Virus record (IMG/VR): IMGVR_UViG_3300036780_000089
Coordinates: 1-63,991 of that record
Length of the DNA stretch: 63,991 nt
Direction: 5' to 3' (one strand)
Origin: a virus
Taxonomy: Duplodnaviria; Caudoviricetes
In this document: positions 1 through 8,901 of the stretch, piece after piece
Numbering within the stretch: the first letter of the stretch is position 1
Layout: the number at the start of each line of letters is the position of its first letter
Notes under the pieces: generated by a model
Database searches by the model: none
The model's input: the letters and a program-made list of their open reading frames with translations, nothing else
What the model was told of the DNA's origin: nothing
Translations under genes and position numbers: made by a program

Positions 1-1034
1 ATGGCGTAGTGCTCGCGCAGGTTCTCCTCGTGCCGCACCTCGAACCCGGTGTTGGTCATGATCGTCATGAGTTCACCGGGCCCTTCGAGTTCACCGTCCG
101 GGAACACGTACCGGTCGATGAAACCGCGGGTCCTGGCTTCCTCAAGGTTGTTCGGCCGGGTGATGCAGTGATTCAGCACCCGTGCGCCGGGCCGGATCTT
201 GTCGTAGAGGAACTTGAAGTAGCCGGGCAGGTTCGCCTGGCCGATGTGCTCGGTGAGTCCGATGGAACTGAGCGCGTCGAAGTTGCCCTCGGCCACGTCG
301 CGGTAGTCGCAGTGGCGTACCTCGGCGAGGTCGGTGAGGCCGCGTTCGACGATGGCCTTCTGCGCCCATTCGGCCTGCCGCTCGGACAGCGTGACGCCGA
401 GCGCCTTGACGCCGTAGTGCTGGGCCGCGTGCATGACCATGCCGCCCCAGCCGCAGCCGACATCCAGCAGGCGCATGCCGGGCCGCAGCCCGAGCTTGCG
501 GGCGACCAGGTCGAACTTGGTGTACTGCGCCTCTTCCAGGGTGGCCTGAGCTGTCGGGTAGACCGCGCAGGTGTAGGCCATGGACGGGCCGAGCACGTGC
601 TCGTAGAAGCGGTTCGACACGTCGTAGTGGTGCGAGATGGCGGTGGAGTCGCGCCGCTTGGAGTGCCGCCTGCCGCGTTGGTGGGATTCCTGTGGGGGCG
701 GCTTCACCGGCCACCACAACCGGGCGGCGAGAACCTTCCTGATCAAGCCGCCGCGCACGTCGGCGGGGATGTCCGCGATGCCGTTGAGCGGCAGGTTCAA
801 CAGCGTGGTCAGCGCGGTGTGCATGTCGCCGACGACTTCCAGCGAACCGCTCACGTAGGCCCGGGCGAAGCCGAGTTCACCAGGGGCGGACCCCAGGTGG
901 GACAGGGCGATCGGCGAACGCACCTCCAGTCGCACCGGCGCGTCGGCCGGGCCGCAACGGCTTCCGTCGTATGCGGTGAACTCGATCGGCATATCCGGCC
1001 CGACAACGCGGGCGAACACTTCGGCCAATCGCAC
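1..1034 (-). CDS. Cyclopropane-fatty-acyl-phospholipid synthase family SAM methyltransferase (BfaB/TmsB-like); runs off the window edge
   Basis: Not in the ORF track (no stop in window). GTG at 1034 with RBS GAGAGGAG. Reads MRLAEVFARVVG...HHYDVSNRFY...MAYTCAVY...LLDVGCGWGG...SIGLTEHIG, the hallmark cfa motifs. Confidence 0.9.
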   Translation of the reverse strand, partial: MRLAEVFARVVGPDMPIEFTAYDGSRCGPADAPVRLEVRSPIALSHLGSAPGELGFARAYVSGSLEVVGDMHTALTTLLNLPLNGIADIPADVRGGLIRKVLAARLWWPVKPPPQESHQRGRRHSKRRDSTAISHHYDVSNRFYEHVLGPSMAYTCAVYPTAQATLEEAQYTKFDLVARKLGLRPGMRLLDVGCGWGGMVMHAAQHYGVKALGVTLSERQAEWAQKAIVERGLTDLAEVRHCDYRDVAEGNFDALSSIGLTEHIGQANLPGYFKFLYDKIRPGARVLNHCITRPNNLEEARTRGFIDRYVFPDGELEGPGELMTIMTNTGFEVRHEENLREHYA

Positions 1035-1075
1035 GATCTGCTCCTCTCACTACCCTCGGCTCAACCGTTGAGTTT

Positions 1076-2479
1076 TCAGCTGTTGCGTACGCACTTGGCG
1101 TACAGGTCCGGCAGTCGTCCAGCCGGGTCGTATTCCTTTTTCAGCGCCTGGTAGGCGGCGCCGTTGTAGAGCCGGTCGAACTCGTCCCTTGAGTAGTAGG
1201 AATCCGAGTAGAGCGACTTGTGCCCGTCCAACTCGGTGACCTTCGCCTCGATCAACCGGTTGTAGTGGCCGTTGTCCTCGCCCGGCCGGTGCGGCACCGT
1301 CGACCAGAAGCCGACGTTCACGTACAGCCTGCCCGGCGCGAGCGGGTAGAGCGGCCACTGCTCCTGGGAGCGCAGCTTGAGCGGACACAGCCAGACCGGG
1401 CTGATGCCGATCTCGCGGTGGAAGAAGTCAAGGAACTCGGCGAGCCGCTCGACCGGCACCTCGACGTCCTGGATGACCGGTTCGTGTACGGGGGCGTCCA
1501 GGGAGCGGTAGAGCCGGTCGGACACCTTGTAGCGGCGATCCAGGGCGACGAGCTTGCGGTAGACGTCGGAGCGCAGGTAGCGCTTGGGCCAGAGCTTGCG
1601 CACCAGCGGCTGCTGCACACCGAACGCGCGTGAGCACCAGAACCAGTCGGTGTCCCAGCGCCACAGGTAGTCGTGGATGGTCAGGTAGTCGACCTCGCGC
1701 TCCGGGACGGACTTGTAGAAAATCTTCATCCCGGTGTAATCGCTGGTGTACGGCGCTTCGGTGACGTAATCACCGAGCGTGAGGTACGGACGCGGGTCGG
1801 GGTGGCCCGCGGTCTGATCGGCGGCGAACACGGTGCCGTCGATGAAGTCGACCGGCTCGCCCTGATAGCTCGCGTCCCGACAGATTTCGGCGATCGCCGC
1901 CGCGCATTCACCCGCGTCGGGGAACCGTACGTGGCGCAACCGGACGTAGGGCCGCACCCGCTCCAGTTCGATACGCAATCGCAATGAGTAGCCGAGGGTG
2001 CCGTAGGAGTTGGGGAAGCCCCGGAACAGGTCGGCGTGCTCACCCTCCGGAGTCGCCACCACGACCCGACCGTCACCGGTCAGGATTTCCGCTTCGAGCA
2101 GCGACTCGTGCGGCAGTCCGCTGCGGAACGAGGTCGCCTCGATACCGAGGCCGGCAACGGCCCCACCGAGGGTGATGGTCTTGAGCTGGGGAACCACGGT
2201 CGGCATGAGGCCGTGCGGGAGGGTGGCGGCGACCAGGTGCTCGTAGGTGGTCATCCCGCCGACGTCGGCGACGGCCGCGTCCGGGTCCACTCTCAGTACC
2301 GAGCCGAACTGGCTGACATCCAGGCCAGGGGCACCAGTGGGCTCCCGAAACCGGAACAAATTGGACGTCGGTTTGGCCAGCCTCACCGGCGAACCGGGCG
2401 GCAGCGCGGAGTACGCTGCCCGGAGCGTCGTCACGGCCGCGTGATGACTGTCCAAGCTCGGTTCCATTGCGGTACTCAT
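1076..2479 (-). CDS. FAD-binding oxidoreductase (BfaA/TmsA-like, 10-methyl fatty acid synthesis)
   Basis: VVPQLKTITLGGAVAGLGIE, FPNSYGTLGY, YLWRWDTDWFWCSRAFG, GHKSLYSDSYY; directly upstream of the cfa-like gene as in Rv3719-Rv3720-type operons. Confidence 0.88.
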   Translation of the reverse strand: MSTAMEPSLDSHHAAVTTLRAAYSALPPGSPVRLAKPTSNLFRFREPTGAPGLDVSQFGSVLRVDPDAAVADVGGMTTYEHLVAATLPHGLMPTVVPQLKTITLGGAVAGLGIEATSFRSGLPHESLLEAEILTGDGRVVVATPEGEHADLFRGFPNSYGTLGYSLRLRIELERVRPYVRLRHVRFPDAGECAAAIAEICRDASYQGEPVDFIDGTVFAADQTAGHPDPRPYLTLGDYVTEAPYTSDYTGMKIFYKSVPEREVDYLTIHDYLWRWDTDWFWCSRAFGVQQPLVRKLWPKRYLRSDVYRKLVALDRRYKVSDRLYRSLDAPVHEPVIQDVEVPVERLAEFLDFFHREIGISPVWLCPLKLRSQEQWPLYPLAPGRLYVNVGFWSTVPHRPGEDNGHYNRLIEAKVTELDGHKSLYSDSYYSRDEFDRLYNGAAYQALKKEYDPAGRLPDLYAKCVRNS

Positions 2480-2691
2480 GAGCACTGATGCTATTGGTCA
2501 GCGGCGTTTCGGTCATCGGATGACCATCCGACATCCGTGTGATCTCAGTGTCACCTGGTGGGAGCGAGTGCCCTGGGCACACAACCTTTGCCGCCCCACG
2601 GGCGTCTTGGAATGTGTAGGGCTTGGTGGATCGCCATCGGCGGCGCAGCCAGGAGCGGGCGCGCTGGACATTGAGAGCTAATGAGGAGCAC

Positions 2692-3972
2692 ATGCAGCAC
2701 GGCAACAGAGTGCAGGGCAGACACCGCGGTTTCACTTTTCGTCCGCTGACGGGCGCGCGCGCCCGCAGGGCGGTCATCGGTGTGGTCGGCTTCGCGGTAG
2801 CCGGTGTGATGCTCGCCGCATGCAGCTCCGGCAGCGGCAACGCGACCGGCGGCTCGGGTGGGTCCGGTTCGCAGAGCGCGCCCACCACGACCTCCGGTCC
2901 CCCGGTGAGCATCGCCATCACGCCGTCGGCCGCGGACGCGGCGGCGGTGAACCCGGGCACCCCGATCGTGGTGAAGGCGACCAACGGCACCTTGAAGAAC
3001 GTGACCGTGACCAACTCCAAGACCGGCACGGCCGTCACCGGTGCCTACTCCACGGACAAGGCGACCTGGACGTCGAACGTGGATCTCGGCTTCGGCGCGA
3101 GCTACGCGGTCGACGCGCAGGGTGCCAACCCGCAGGGCGCTCCCAGCGAGCAGAAGTCCACGCTGACCACGATCAACCCGTCGGTAAAGTCGTACACGAA
3201 CATGTTCCCGGCGCCCGCCGCGTACGCGGGCCCCGGCATCGGGGTCGGTATGCCGATCATCTTCCAGTTCTCCCACGCGGTGACGAACAAGAAGGCGGCC
3301 GAGGCCGGCATCACCATCACCACCACGCCGAGCCAGCCGGTCGGCTTCTACTGGATCTCCAGCACCGAGTTGGACGCCCGGCCGCAGAACTACTGGACGG
3401 CCGGCACGAAGGTGCACGTGGTCGCCAAGTTGTACGGCACCGATCTCGGCGGCGGCAACTTCGACCAGGAGGACCGGGACGAGACCTACCACGTGCACGA
3501 CGCCTGGGTCGCCAAGGCCGACGGCAACTCCGAGCAGATGCAGATCTTCGACAACGGCAATCTGGTCAAGACCATGAACATCAGCATGGGCAAGGACTCG
3601 ACGCCGACCTCGCTCGGGCCGCACGTGATCACCGACAAGAACCAGACCGTGCAGATGAACTCGTGCACCTACGGCGTCTGTCCGCCGGATCCGCGCGCCT
3701 ACAACGAGACCGAGTACTGGGCGGAGCGGATCACCAACGGTGGTGAGTTCGTGCACGAGAACCCGGACACCGTTGGCGTGCAGGGCCACAGCAACGTCTC
3801 GCACGGCTGCATCAACCTCAACCAGGCCGACGCGCAATGGTTCTTCACCAACCTCGGGGTCGGTGACGTGGTCGAGGTGACGAACTCGGGTGGGCCGACG
3901 ATCACACCCGGTGCCTTCATCGGCGACTGGGCGGTGCCGTGGTCCCAGTTCACCCCGGTGGCCACCGCCTGA
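2692..3972 (+). CDS. L,D-transpeptidase lipoprotein (Ig-like domains + YkuD)
   Basis: Lipobox LAAC; catalytic motif FVHENP...SHGCINL; RBS GAGGAG before ATG 2692. Confidence 0.93.
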   Translation: MQHGNRVQGRHRGFTFRPLTGARARRAVIGVVGFAVAGVMLAACSSGSGNATGGSGGSGSQSAPTTTSGPPVSIAITPSAADAAAVNPGTPIVVKATNGTLKNVTVTNSKTGTAVTGAYSTDKATWTSNVDLGFGASYAVDAQGANPQGAPSEQKSTLTTINPSVKSYTNMFPAPAAYAGPGIGVGMPIIFQFSHAVTNKKAAEAGITITTTPSQPVGFYWISSTELDARPQNYWTAGTKVHVVAKLYGTDLGGGNFDQEDRDETYHVHDAWVAKADGNSEQMQIFDNGNLVKTMNISMGKDSTPTSLGPHVITDKNQTVQMNSCTYGVCPPDPRAYNETEYWAERITNGGEFVHENPDTVGVQGHSNVSHGCINLNQADAQWFFTNLGVGDVVEVTNSGGPTITPGAFIGDWAVPWSQFTPVATA

Positions 3973-3996
3973 TCGATCCATTCCTGGCACGTAGCG

Positions 3997-4033
3997 GGGC
4001 CCGACCGGAGAACCGGTCGGGCCCTTCGGTTTT
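3997..4033 (+). terminator. Intrinsic terminator after ldt
   Basis: Perfect 12-bp stem GGGCCCGACCGG-AGAA-CCGGTCGGGCCC followed by TTCGGTTTT. Confidence 0.8.
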
Positions 4034-4117
4034 CCCACCTTGCTTCCCGGGCTCGAACGGGGTAAGAGCTGATAGGGGGCGGCTGGGCGAGGTATCGGGG
4101 TCAGCAGAGGGAGCGCC

Positions 4118-5116
4118 ATGGCGGTCCGGTTCCGGATACTGGGCAGTGTCGAGGCCGGCATCAACGGTGAGCTGGTTGATCTGGGCCCTCGGCAGCAGCA
4201 GTGTGTCCTGGTGGCGCTGTTGGTCAACGCGAACCGGCCGGTGTCCGGCGACGAGCTGATCGAACGGGCCTGGGGCGAGAGCCCGCCGCCCAGGGCGCGC
4301 AACACCCTGTACACGTACCTGTCCCGGCTGCGTCAGGCCCTGTCCGGCACGGACGAGGTGACCTTGCTGCGCAGGCCGGCCGGCTATCAGCTGGTCGTCG
4401 ACGAACAAGCCGTCGACCTGCACCTGTTCCGCTCGCTGACCGCGCGGGCGCGGGAAACGCCCGATCATGGCACCGCGGTCCGGTTGATCCGGCAGGCGCT
4501 TGACCTGTGGCGCGGCGAAGCCCTGCCCGGCCTGGACACGCCCTGGCTGCACGGGATCAGGGCGACCCTGCTCAAGGACCGGTTGGCCACCGAACTTGAG
4601 TACACCGACCTGGCCCTGGCCGGTGGCCGGCACGCGGATCTGCTGGCGACGCTGGCCAGCCAGACCGAGCAGCGGCCGCTGGACGAGCGGCTGGCCGGCC
4701 AGTTCATGCTCGCGCTCTATCGCAGTGGTCGGCAGGCCGATGCGCTCACCCACTATCAGCGCACTCAGGCCCGACTCGGCGATGAACTGGGTATCCGGCC
4801 GAGCGAACCGTTGCGTACCCTCTACCAGCAGATGCTCACCGCCGACCCGGCGCTGGCCGCACCGCGCACCGGGCCGGCGCCCGGCCGGGCCGGATCGGCG
4901 GGCGCGGAGCGGGGCGGGTCGGTGGGCGCACATCTCGCGGAGTTGCCGGCGCCACGGCAGTTGCCGGCCGCGCCGAGGGCGTTCGCGGGCCGGGCCGCGG
5001 AGATCGCGTTGCTGTCCAGGGCGATCGACGAGCACCCGGGCAACGTCAGCGGCACCGTGGTGATCTCCGCGATCGGCGGTGCCGGTGGGATCGGCAAGCC
5101 CACGCCCGAGTTATGA
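4118..5116 (+). CDS. AfsR/SARP-family regulator (wHTH + BTAD) truncated at the NB-ARC Walker A by prophage integration
   Basis: RFRILGSVE...LLVNANRPVS...ALDLWRGEAL...PLDERL...LYRSGRQADAL...PRQLP...FAGR; ends VVISAIGGAGGIGK then phage-derived PTPEL-stop. Confidence 0.92.
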   Translation: MAVRFRILGSVEAGINGELVDLGPRQQQCVLVALLVNANRPVSGDELIERAWGESPPPRARNTLYTYLSRLRQALSGTDEVTLLRRPAGYQLVVDEQAVDLHLFRSLTARARETPDHGTAVRLIRQALDLWRGEALPGLDTPWLHGIRATLLKDRLATELEYTDLALAGGRHADLLATLASQTEQRPLDERLAGQFMLALYRSGRQADALTHYQRTQARLGDELGIRPSEPLRTLYQQMLTADPALAAPRTGPAPGRAGSAGAERGGSVGAHLAELPAPRQLPAAPRAFAGRAAEIALLSRAIDEHPGNVSGTVVISAIGGAGGIGKPTPEL

Positions 5117-5121
5117 CACAC
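5072..5121 (+). other. attL (host B arm + AA crossover at 5096-5097 + phage P' arm)
   Basis: Sequence from 5091 on is identical to 63865 on; the right arm GCCCACGCCCGAGTTATGACACAC equals the attP right arm. Confidence 0.88.
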
Positions 5122-5174
5122 ACGTTACACAACTGTAACCTAGGGCCTGGGTTGACGCGTGACCTGGGAATCTC

Positions 5175-5504
5175 TCAGTGGCCGAGGCCGTGGCGCTCCC
5201 GGTCGCGGCGCACGTACGAGTGTGGGGTGATCAGGTGCGACGGGACGTAGTGCGTGATCAGCTCGGATGCGGCCTCGGCGTTCCGTGCCGGTAGTTGGTA
5301 GCTCACGCGGGCGAGCCATCCGCCGTCACCCCGCCTGGCCCACGCGTCGACCAAGCCGTGTACCTCGTGATCGAGTTCGAGGCCGCCCGGCGTGTCCCGG
5401 TAGATGTCGTGGACGTCGCGCGCCAACAGTCGGTGCACGTTCACCCAGACTCGGCGCGGTTCGTCCAGTTGACGGAACCATGACGGAGACACAGCCTCGA
5501 ACAT
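5175..5504 (-). CDS. Small hypothetical protein, probably LexA-regulated and leaderless
   Basis: 109 aa starting MFE; the start codon lies inside a perfect SOS box. Confidence 0.7.
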   Translation of the reverse strand: MFEAVSPSWFRQLDEPRRVWVNVHRLLARDVHDIYRDTPGGLELDHEVHGLVDAWARRGDGGWLARVSYQLPARNAEAASELITHYVPSHLITPHSYVRRDRERHGLGH

Positions 5505-5512
5505 GCGTTCGA
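5497..5512. promoter_or_regulatory. Actinobacterial LexA (SOS) box
   Basis: TCGAAC-ATGC-GTTCGA, exact match to TCGAAC-N4-GTTCGA; minus-strand TGTAAT 7 nt upstream of the ATG. Confidence 0.85.
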
Positions 5513-6448
5513 TTACACCACATCGTCACGCCTGAATTCGGCGCCAATCCGGTCGGGGAAGTGCCGTTCTAGCCGGTACTTGGCCCACAGTCGGGCGGCG
5601 TCGGTCAACGCTGCCCGGTGCGGCATCGGGCGGTTGTGCAACAGCCATTCCCACACCCCGAGCACTTCCACCGCGAACAGCGTCACGGCCGGTTCCGGCA
5701 TCGCCCCCCACGCGGGTGTACGCGCCGCCCACCGCTCCGCGTCCAGCGGGGAATGCCCGGCGCTGATGAGTCGGATCACGAGAAACGCGGCATCCACCCA
5801 CGGCGCGGCCCGACGCGACCACGCCCAATCGATCAGCCGCGCGCGGCCACCGTCGATCATGATGTTGAGCGGCTGTACGTCGGTGTGGGCGAGGCTGTCA
5901 CCGCGCATGATGCTGATCGCGGCGGACTCGGCGTCATACCCGTAGATGAGAAGATCCCGTGTCCACGGGTCGAGATCAGGCGGGGTGTGGTTCAGCAACC
6001 GTTGCCATGCGCCTAGCCGTTCCCACTGGTCGGCGAAACTGGGCAGTTCGACGGGCGGGCAGGGTGTGAGCGTCACCTGTACCTCTGTGACCGCCGTGAT
6101 GATCAGCGGCAGATCAGCCGACCCCGGCCCGATATCCGCGTGCCGACCCGGTACATGCTCGAACCCGAGTAGCAGCCACCCAGCCGCCTCTACCTCCCAG
6201 AGCATCCGGGGCGCGACCGTGACCGGCAAGTAGCTGTTCACCCGAGCCTCGGTCCGATGGGTGACCGCGTTCGCCGAGTCGAGCTGAACGCCTTTCACGA
6301 ACACGCGTCCGGTGGCCGTGGTCAGCGACGCCGTGAAATCGGCATTGATCCCGGCGGACGCGTGCTCCACGCGGGAAACCTCCCCGCAACGCTCGACAAT
6401 GGCATGCCAGGCGTCGCCGGGGAGGTCTCTCAGGGCAGGATTGGTCAC
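5513..6448 (-). CDS. Aminoglycoside-phosphotransferase/kinase-like protein
   Basis: GRVFVKG, LGFEHVPGRHAD, LAHTDVQPLNIMI, LIDWAW; GTG at 6448 overlaps the upstream stop (GTGA). Confidence 0.85.
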   Translation of the reverse strand: MTNPALRDLPGDAWHAIVERCGEVSRVEHASAGINADFTASLTTATGRVFVKGVQLDSANAVTHRTEARVNSYLPVTVAPRMLWEVEAAGWLLLGFEHVPGRHADIGPGSADLPLIITAVTEVQVTLTPCPPVELPSFADQWERLGAWQRLLNHTPPDLDPWTRDLLIYGYDAESAAISIMRGDSLAHTDVQPLNIMIDGGRARLIDWAWSRRAAPWVDAAFLVIRLISAGHSPLDAERWAARTPAWGAMPEPAVTLFAVEVLGVWEWLLHNRPMPHRAALTDAARLWAKYRLERHFPDRIGAEFRRDDVV

Positions 6449-6912
6449 GCGTCGCAGCTTAGTTTTCCGCCCTGGCCACAGTTCGTGCAGCCGCCATGGC
6501 ATTGCGAGCACTTACCCGACGCCTGCGCCCACAGTTCCTCGTTGACGACGAATCCCGCGCCCCGCATGGCTTCTACCGTGGGGTTCAGCATCGCGCCCGC
6601 GTCGACGGGTGGCGTGAATTCCTCGGGTTCGTGGTGAAGGAATCGGCCCGCGACCCGCTGACAGAAGATCGCATACTCGGCGGTGTTCAGGATGAATGTA
6701 TGCCACGCGACGTCAACAGACTTGGACGGCCGTAGCCGCCCTCCGGGATTGTCAGCACAGGTTTTGATGAACGCCAAGGCTTGATCAAGAATGGCCTCGG
6801 CGTAGTCCTGCTCTACCCCCTCGTTGGCCACGATTTGCCTTACCAGGCGGTCAAACACTTCCGGGCGTAGCAGAGATCGCCCGACTGTGAGAACTTCCAT
6901 GGTCGACGTCAT
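6445..6912 (-). CDS. Glycine-rich-domain (GRDP-like) protein with Cys-rich C-terminal tail
   Basis: PSKSVDVAWHTFILNTAEYAIFCQRVAGRFLHHEP motif; tail CSQCHGGCTNCGQGGKLSC. Confidence 0.75.
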   Translation of the reverse strand: MTSTMEVLTVGRSLLRPEVFDRLVRQIVANEGVEQDYAEAILDQALAFIKTCADNPGGRLRPSKSVDVAWHTFILNTAEYAIFCQRVAGRFLHHEPEEFTPPVDAGAMLNPTVEAMRGAGFVVNEELWAQASGKCSQCHGGCTNCGQGGKLSCDA

Positions 6913-6971
6913 CGACTTGAATCCTTTCCTACGGGGGGTTGAGTCCGAATGTCAGCCGCGCGCAACCTCGG

Positions 6972-7277
6972 TTACGCGATCACCCGGCAGCTTGCGACGA
7001 CGGGGCCGACGTGGCGCGCGTGCCGCGTGGTCTCGGTCTCGATTTGCTTGCCTGCCGGGCGCACTGTGTTCGCAAGCGTGGTGCACGGCACGCACAGGGG
7101 ACGGGCGACGGTCCGCGCCATGGCGTCCGGGTCGGGCGTGCATACCTCGCCGTGTGTGTCGACGTCGGGCGGCCGGTTGGTCGTCGGGTCCACGGCCACG
7201 ACGGTCACACACTCCAGACAGAACGTGAATGATCTACCACACGAGTAGCAACCGGCTATCCCGCTGACCACGTCCAT
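6972..7277 (-). CDS. Cys-rich hypothetical protein (leaderless)
   Basis: CxxC pairs; TACATT hexamer 6 nt before the ATG. Confidence 0.6.
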   Translation of the reverse strand: MDVVSGIAGCYSCGRSFTFCLECVTVVAVDPTTNRPPDVDTHGEVCTPDPDAMARTVARPLCVPCTTLANTVRPAGKQIETETTRHARHVGPVVASCRVIA

Positions 7278-7470
7278 GGGTGCAATGTAGCAGCGGACAC
7301 GTGACCAGTCTGCTACAGACGGTAGCGAAGTGATTTGCTACTCGTACGCGTAACGGCACACGCACCGTAACCGACACATACCCTTGAACCGCGCGCAGAA
7401 AACCACCCCGGACCCCGGTGGCCCGCGCGGTTCCACCGTCGCTTTCTATGCGCTACCCAGGGGAAACACC

Positions 7471-8220
7471 GTGACCACGCCGCCCATGCAACCGCCCACG
7501 CCGACACCTACCGAGCCGCCGACCCGTCGCCGTCCGTGGTGGCGCCGCTGGTGGGCCATCGTCTTGTACGTGGTCGTCGTCGGACTGATCATTGACGTTG
7601 CGACCCTCGGCCACGGCCAGCCGAGCAACACCGCCGCCCACACGGCGCCCTCGGCGTCGACTAGCGCCCCGGCGGCCACAACCGCCACGCCGAACACCGC
7701 GACGCCCGTACGGGCCACTGGACGGCCAGCGACGACCACCACGCACCCGGCCGCGCCCAACGTCCCCGCCGACACGCTCACCGGCTACGGCGCCACCGTC
7801 GCCCGGTGGAACGCGACACACCACGCGGACCCGAGCTATGCGGGCGGTTCGGCGTACAACCCGGACCCGTCGCTACCCCCGGCCAACGGGCGCACAGCGG
7901 ACACGTACGTGGCCGTTCAGCCGCTCGGCGGGCGCGTCACCGACTACATGATGAACATGGCGGCCACGTCGTTGTCCGGCGCGGAAACCGTTGTCGCACA
8001 CGAATTCCCCGCCGACACGCACGTGTTGTGGACCCAACCGCTGGCCGGATGCACCATCGTCGAATACGCCAGTGCCACCGTGCGCGGCGCCCTCGGCAAC
8101 ACCGACACCGGGGACGCGCAAGTGGTGTACGCCAGCCAGCAGCCCGGCGCGTCCACTGTGGATGAAGCGACGTTCAGCAACATTCCCGGCGCCGCACCGG
8201 ACCCGGCCGCATCCTGCTAG
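7471..8220 (+). CDS. Membrane-anchored extracytoplasmic protein
   Basis: RRPWWRRWW followed by one TM helix, Pro/Thr/Ala linker and a globular C-terminal domain. Confidence 0.8.
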   Translation: MTTPPMQPPTPTPTEPPTRRRPWWRRWWAIVLYVVVVGLIIDVATLGHGQPSNTAAHTAPSASTSAPAATTATPNTATPVRATGRPATTTTHPAAPNVPADTLTGYGATVARWNATHHADPSYAGGSAYNPDPSLPPANGRTADTYVAVQPLGGRVTDYMMNMAATSLSGAETVVAHEFPADTHVLWTQPLAGCTIVEYASATVRGALGNTDTGDAQVVYASQQPGASTVDEATFSNIPGAAPDPAASC

Positions 8221-8248
8221 CATCCCCGCTAGCGCCGGTTCGCACGAA

Positions 8249-8292
8249 CACCTCGGCCCCCGTCTCCTGTCACGGATTCGGGGGCCGAGGTG
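8249..8292. terminator. Bidirectional hairpin between convergent genes
   Basis: Perfect 14-bp stem CACCTCGGCCCCCG / CGGGGGCCGAGGTG. Confidence 0.75.
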
Positions 8293-8305
8293 CGTCGGGG
8301 CCGAG

Positions 8306-8509
8306 CTACACGGCGGCGAGCGCCTCACGGTTCCGCGCGTCGCAATCGGCCTGAGCGGCGCCGTAGCCGGTGGCCTCGAACAGCACCGGCAACGGGACGG
8401 TGCCTCGGCTGTTCGCGTGCGCCACCCACGCCGCGTGATCCACGACGCGGTGAAACTTGCTCGGGTTGGTGTTCGAGTGCGGTTGCAAGATCACGAATGA
8501 CATGGTCAT
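8306..8509 (-). CDS. Hypothetical protein
   Basis: ATGA-coupled to the GNAT gene; MTMSFVILQP... Confidence 0.55.
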   Translation of the reverse strand: MTMSFVILQPHSNTNPSKFHRVVDHAAWVAHANSRGTVPLPVLFEATGYGAAQADCDARNREALAAV

Positions 8510-8898
8510 CCTCTCGTCATGAGCGCGCGGACGAAATCGGCGCCGGGTTGCGTGTAGCGCTGTGCGTACGGGTCCACCGGCCATCGGGTCATGGCCTCAC
8601 GGACCAGCCGCGTTCCGATACCCCGGCGCTGCCGGTCTTCCCGCACGATCACCAAGACGTTGCCCGCCTGTTCGTACGGCGGGAAGTCCATCGGGTAGTG
8701 ATTCAGGATGCCGACCAGCACGCCGGACGCGTCCCGGAACAACAGGCAGTCAATGTGAGCGCCCGGCCCGAACCCGTCGGACATGTCGCCCCGGAAGTAG
8801 CTCACACCGGGCTGCCCGGTCGGCGGGTACTGCTCGGCCTGCGATTCCCACGTGAACCACGTGTCACCCTGGAATACCGGCAACTCTCTCACTGCCAT
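8506..8898 (-). CDS. GNAT-family acetyltransferase
   Basis: Acetyl-CoA motif A VIVREDRQRRGIGTRLV; YTQPGADF. Confidence 0.8.
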   Translation of the reverse strand: MAVRELPVFQGDTWFTWESQAEQYPPTGQPGVSYFRGDMSDGFGPGAHIDCLLFRDASGVLVGILNHYPMDFPPYEQAGNVLVIVREDRQRRGIGTRLVREAMTRWPVDPYAQRYTQPGADFVRALMTRG

Positions 8899-8901
8899 GG
8901 C

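Noticed and set aside
9-5035. Long ORFs 9-1154(+), 2551-4314(-), 3950-5035(-) and similar antisense ORFs elsewhere
   Set aside because: Shadow frames of real genes in high-GC DNA; no recognisable motifs.
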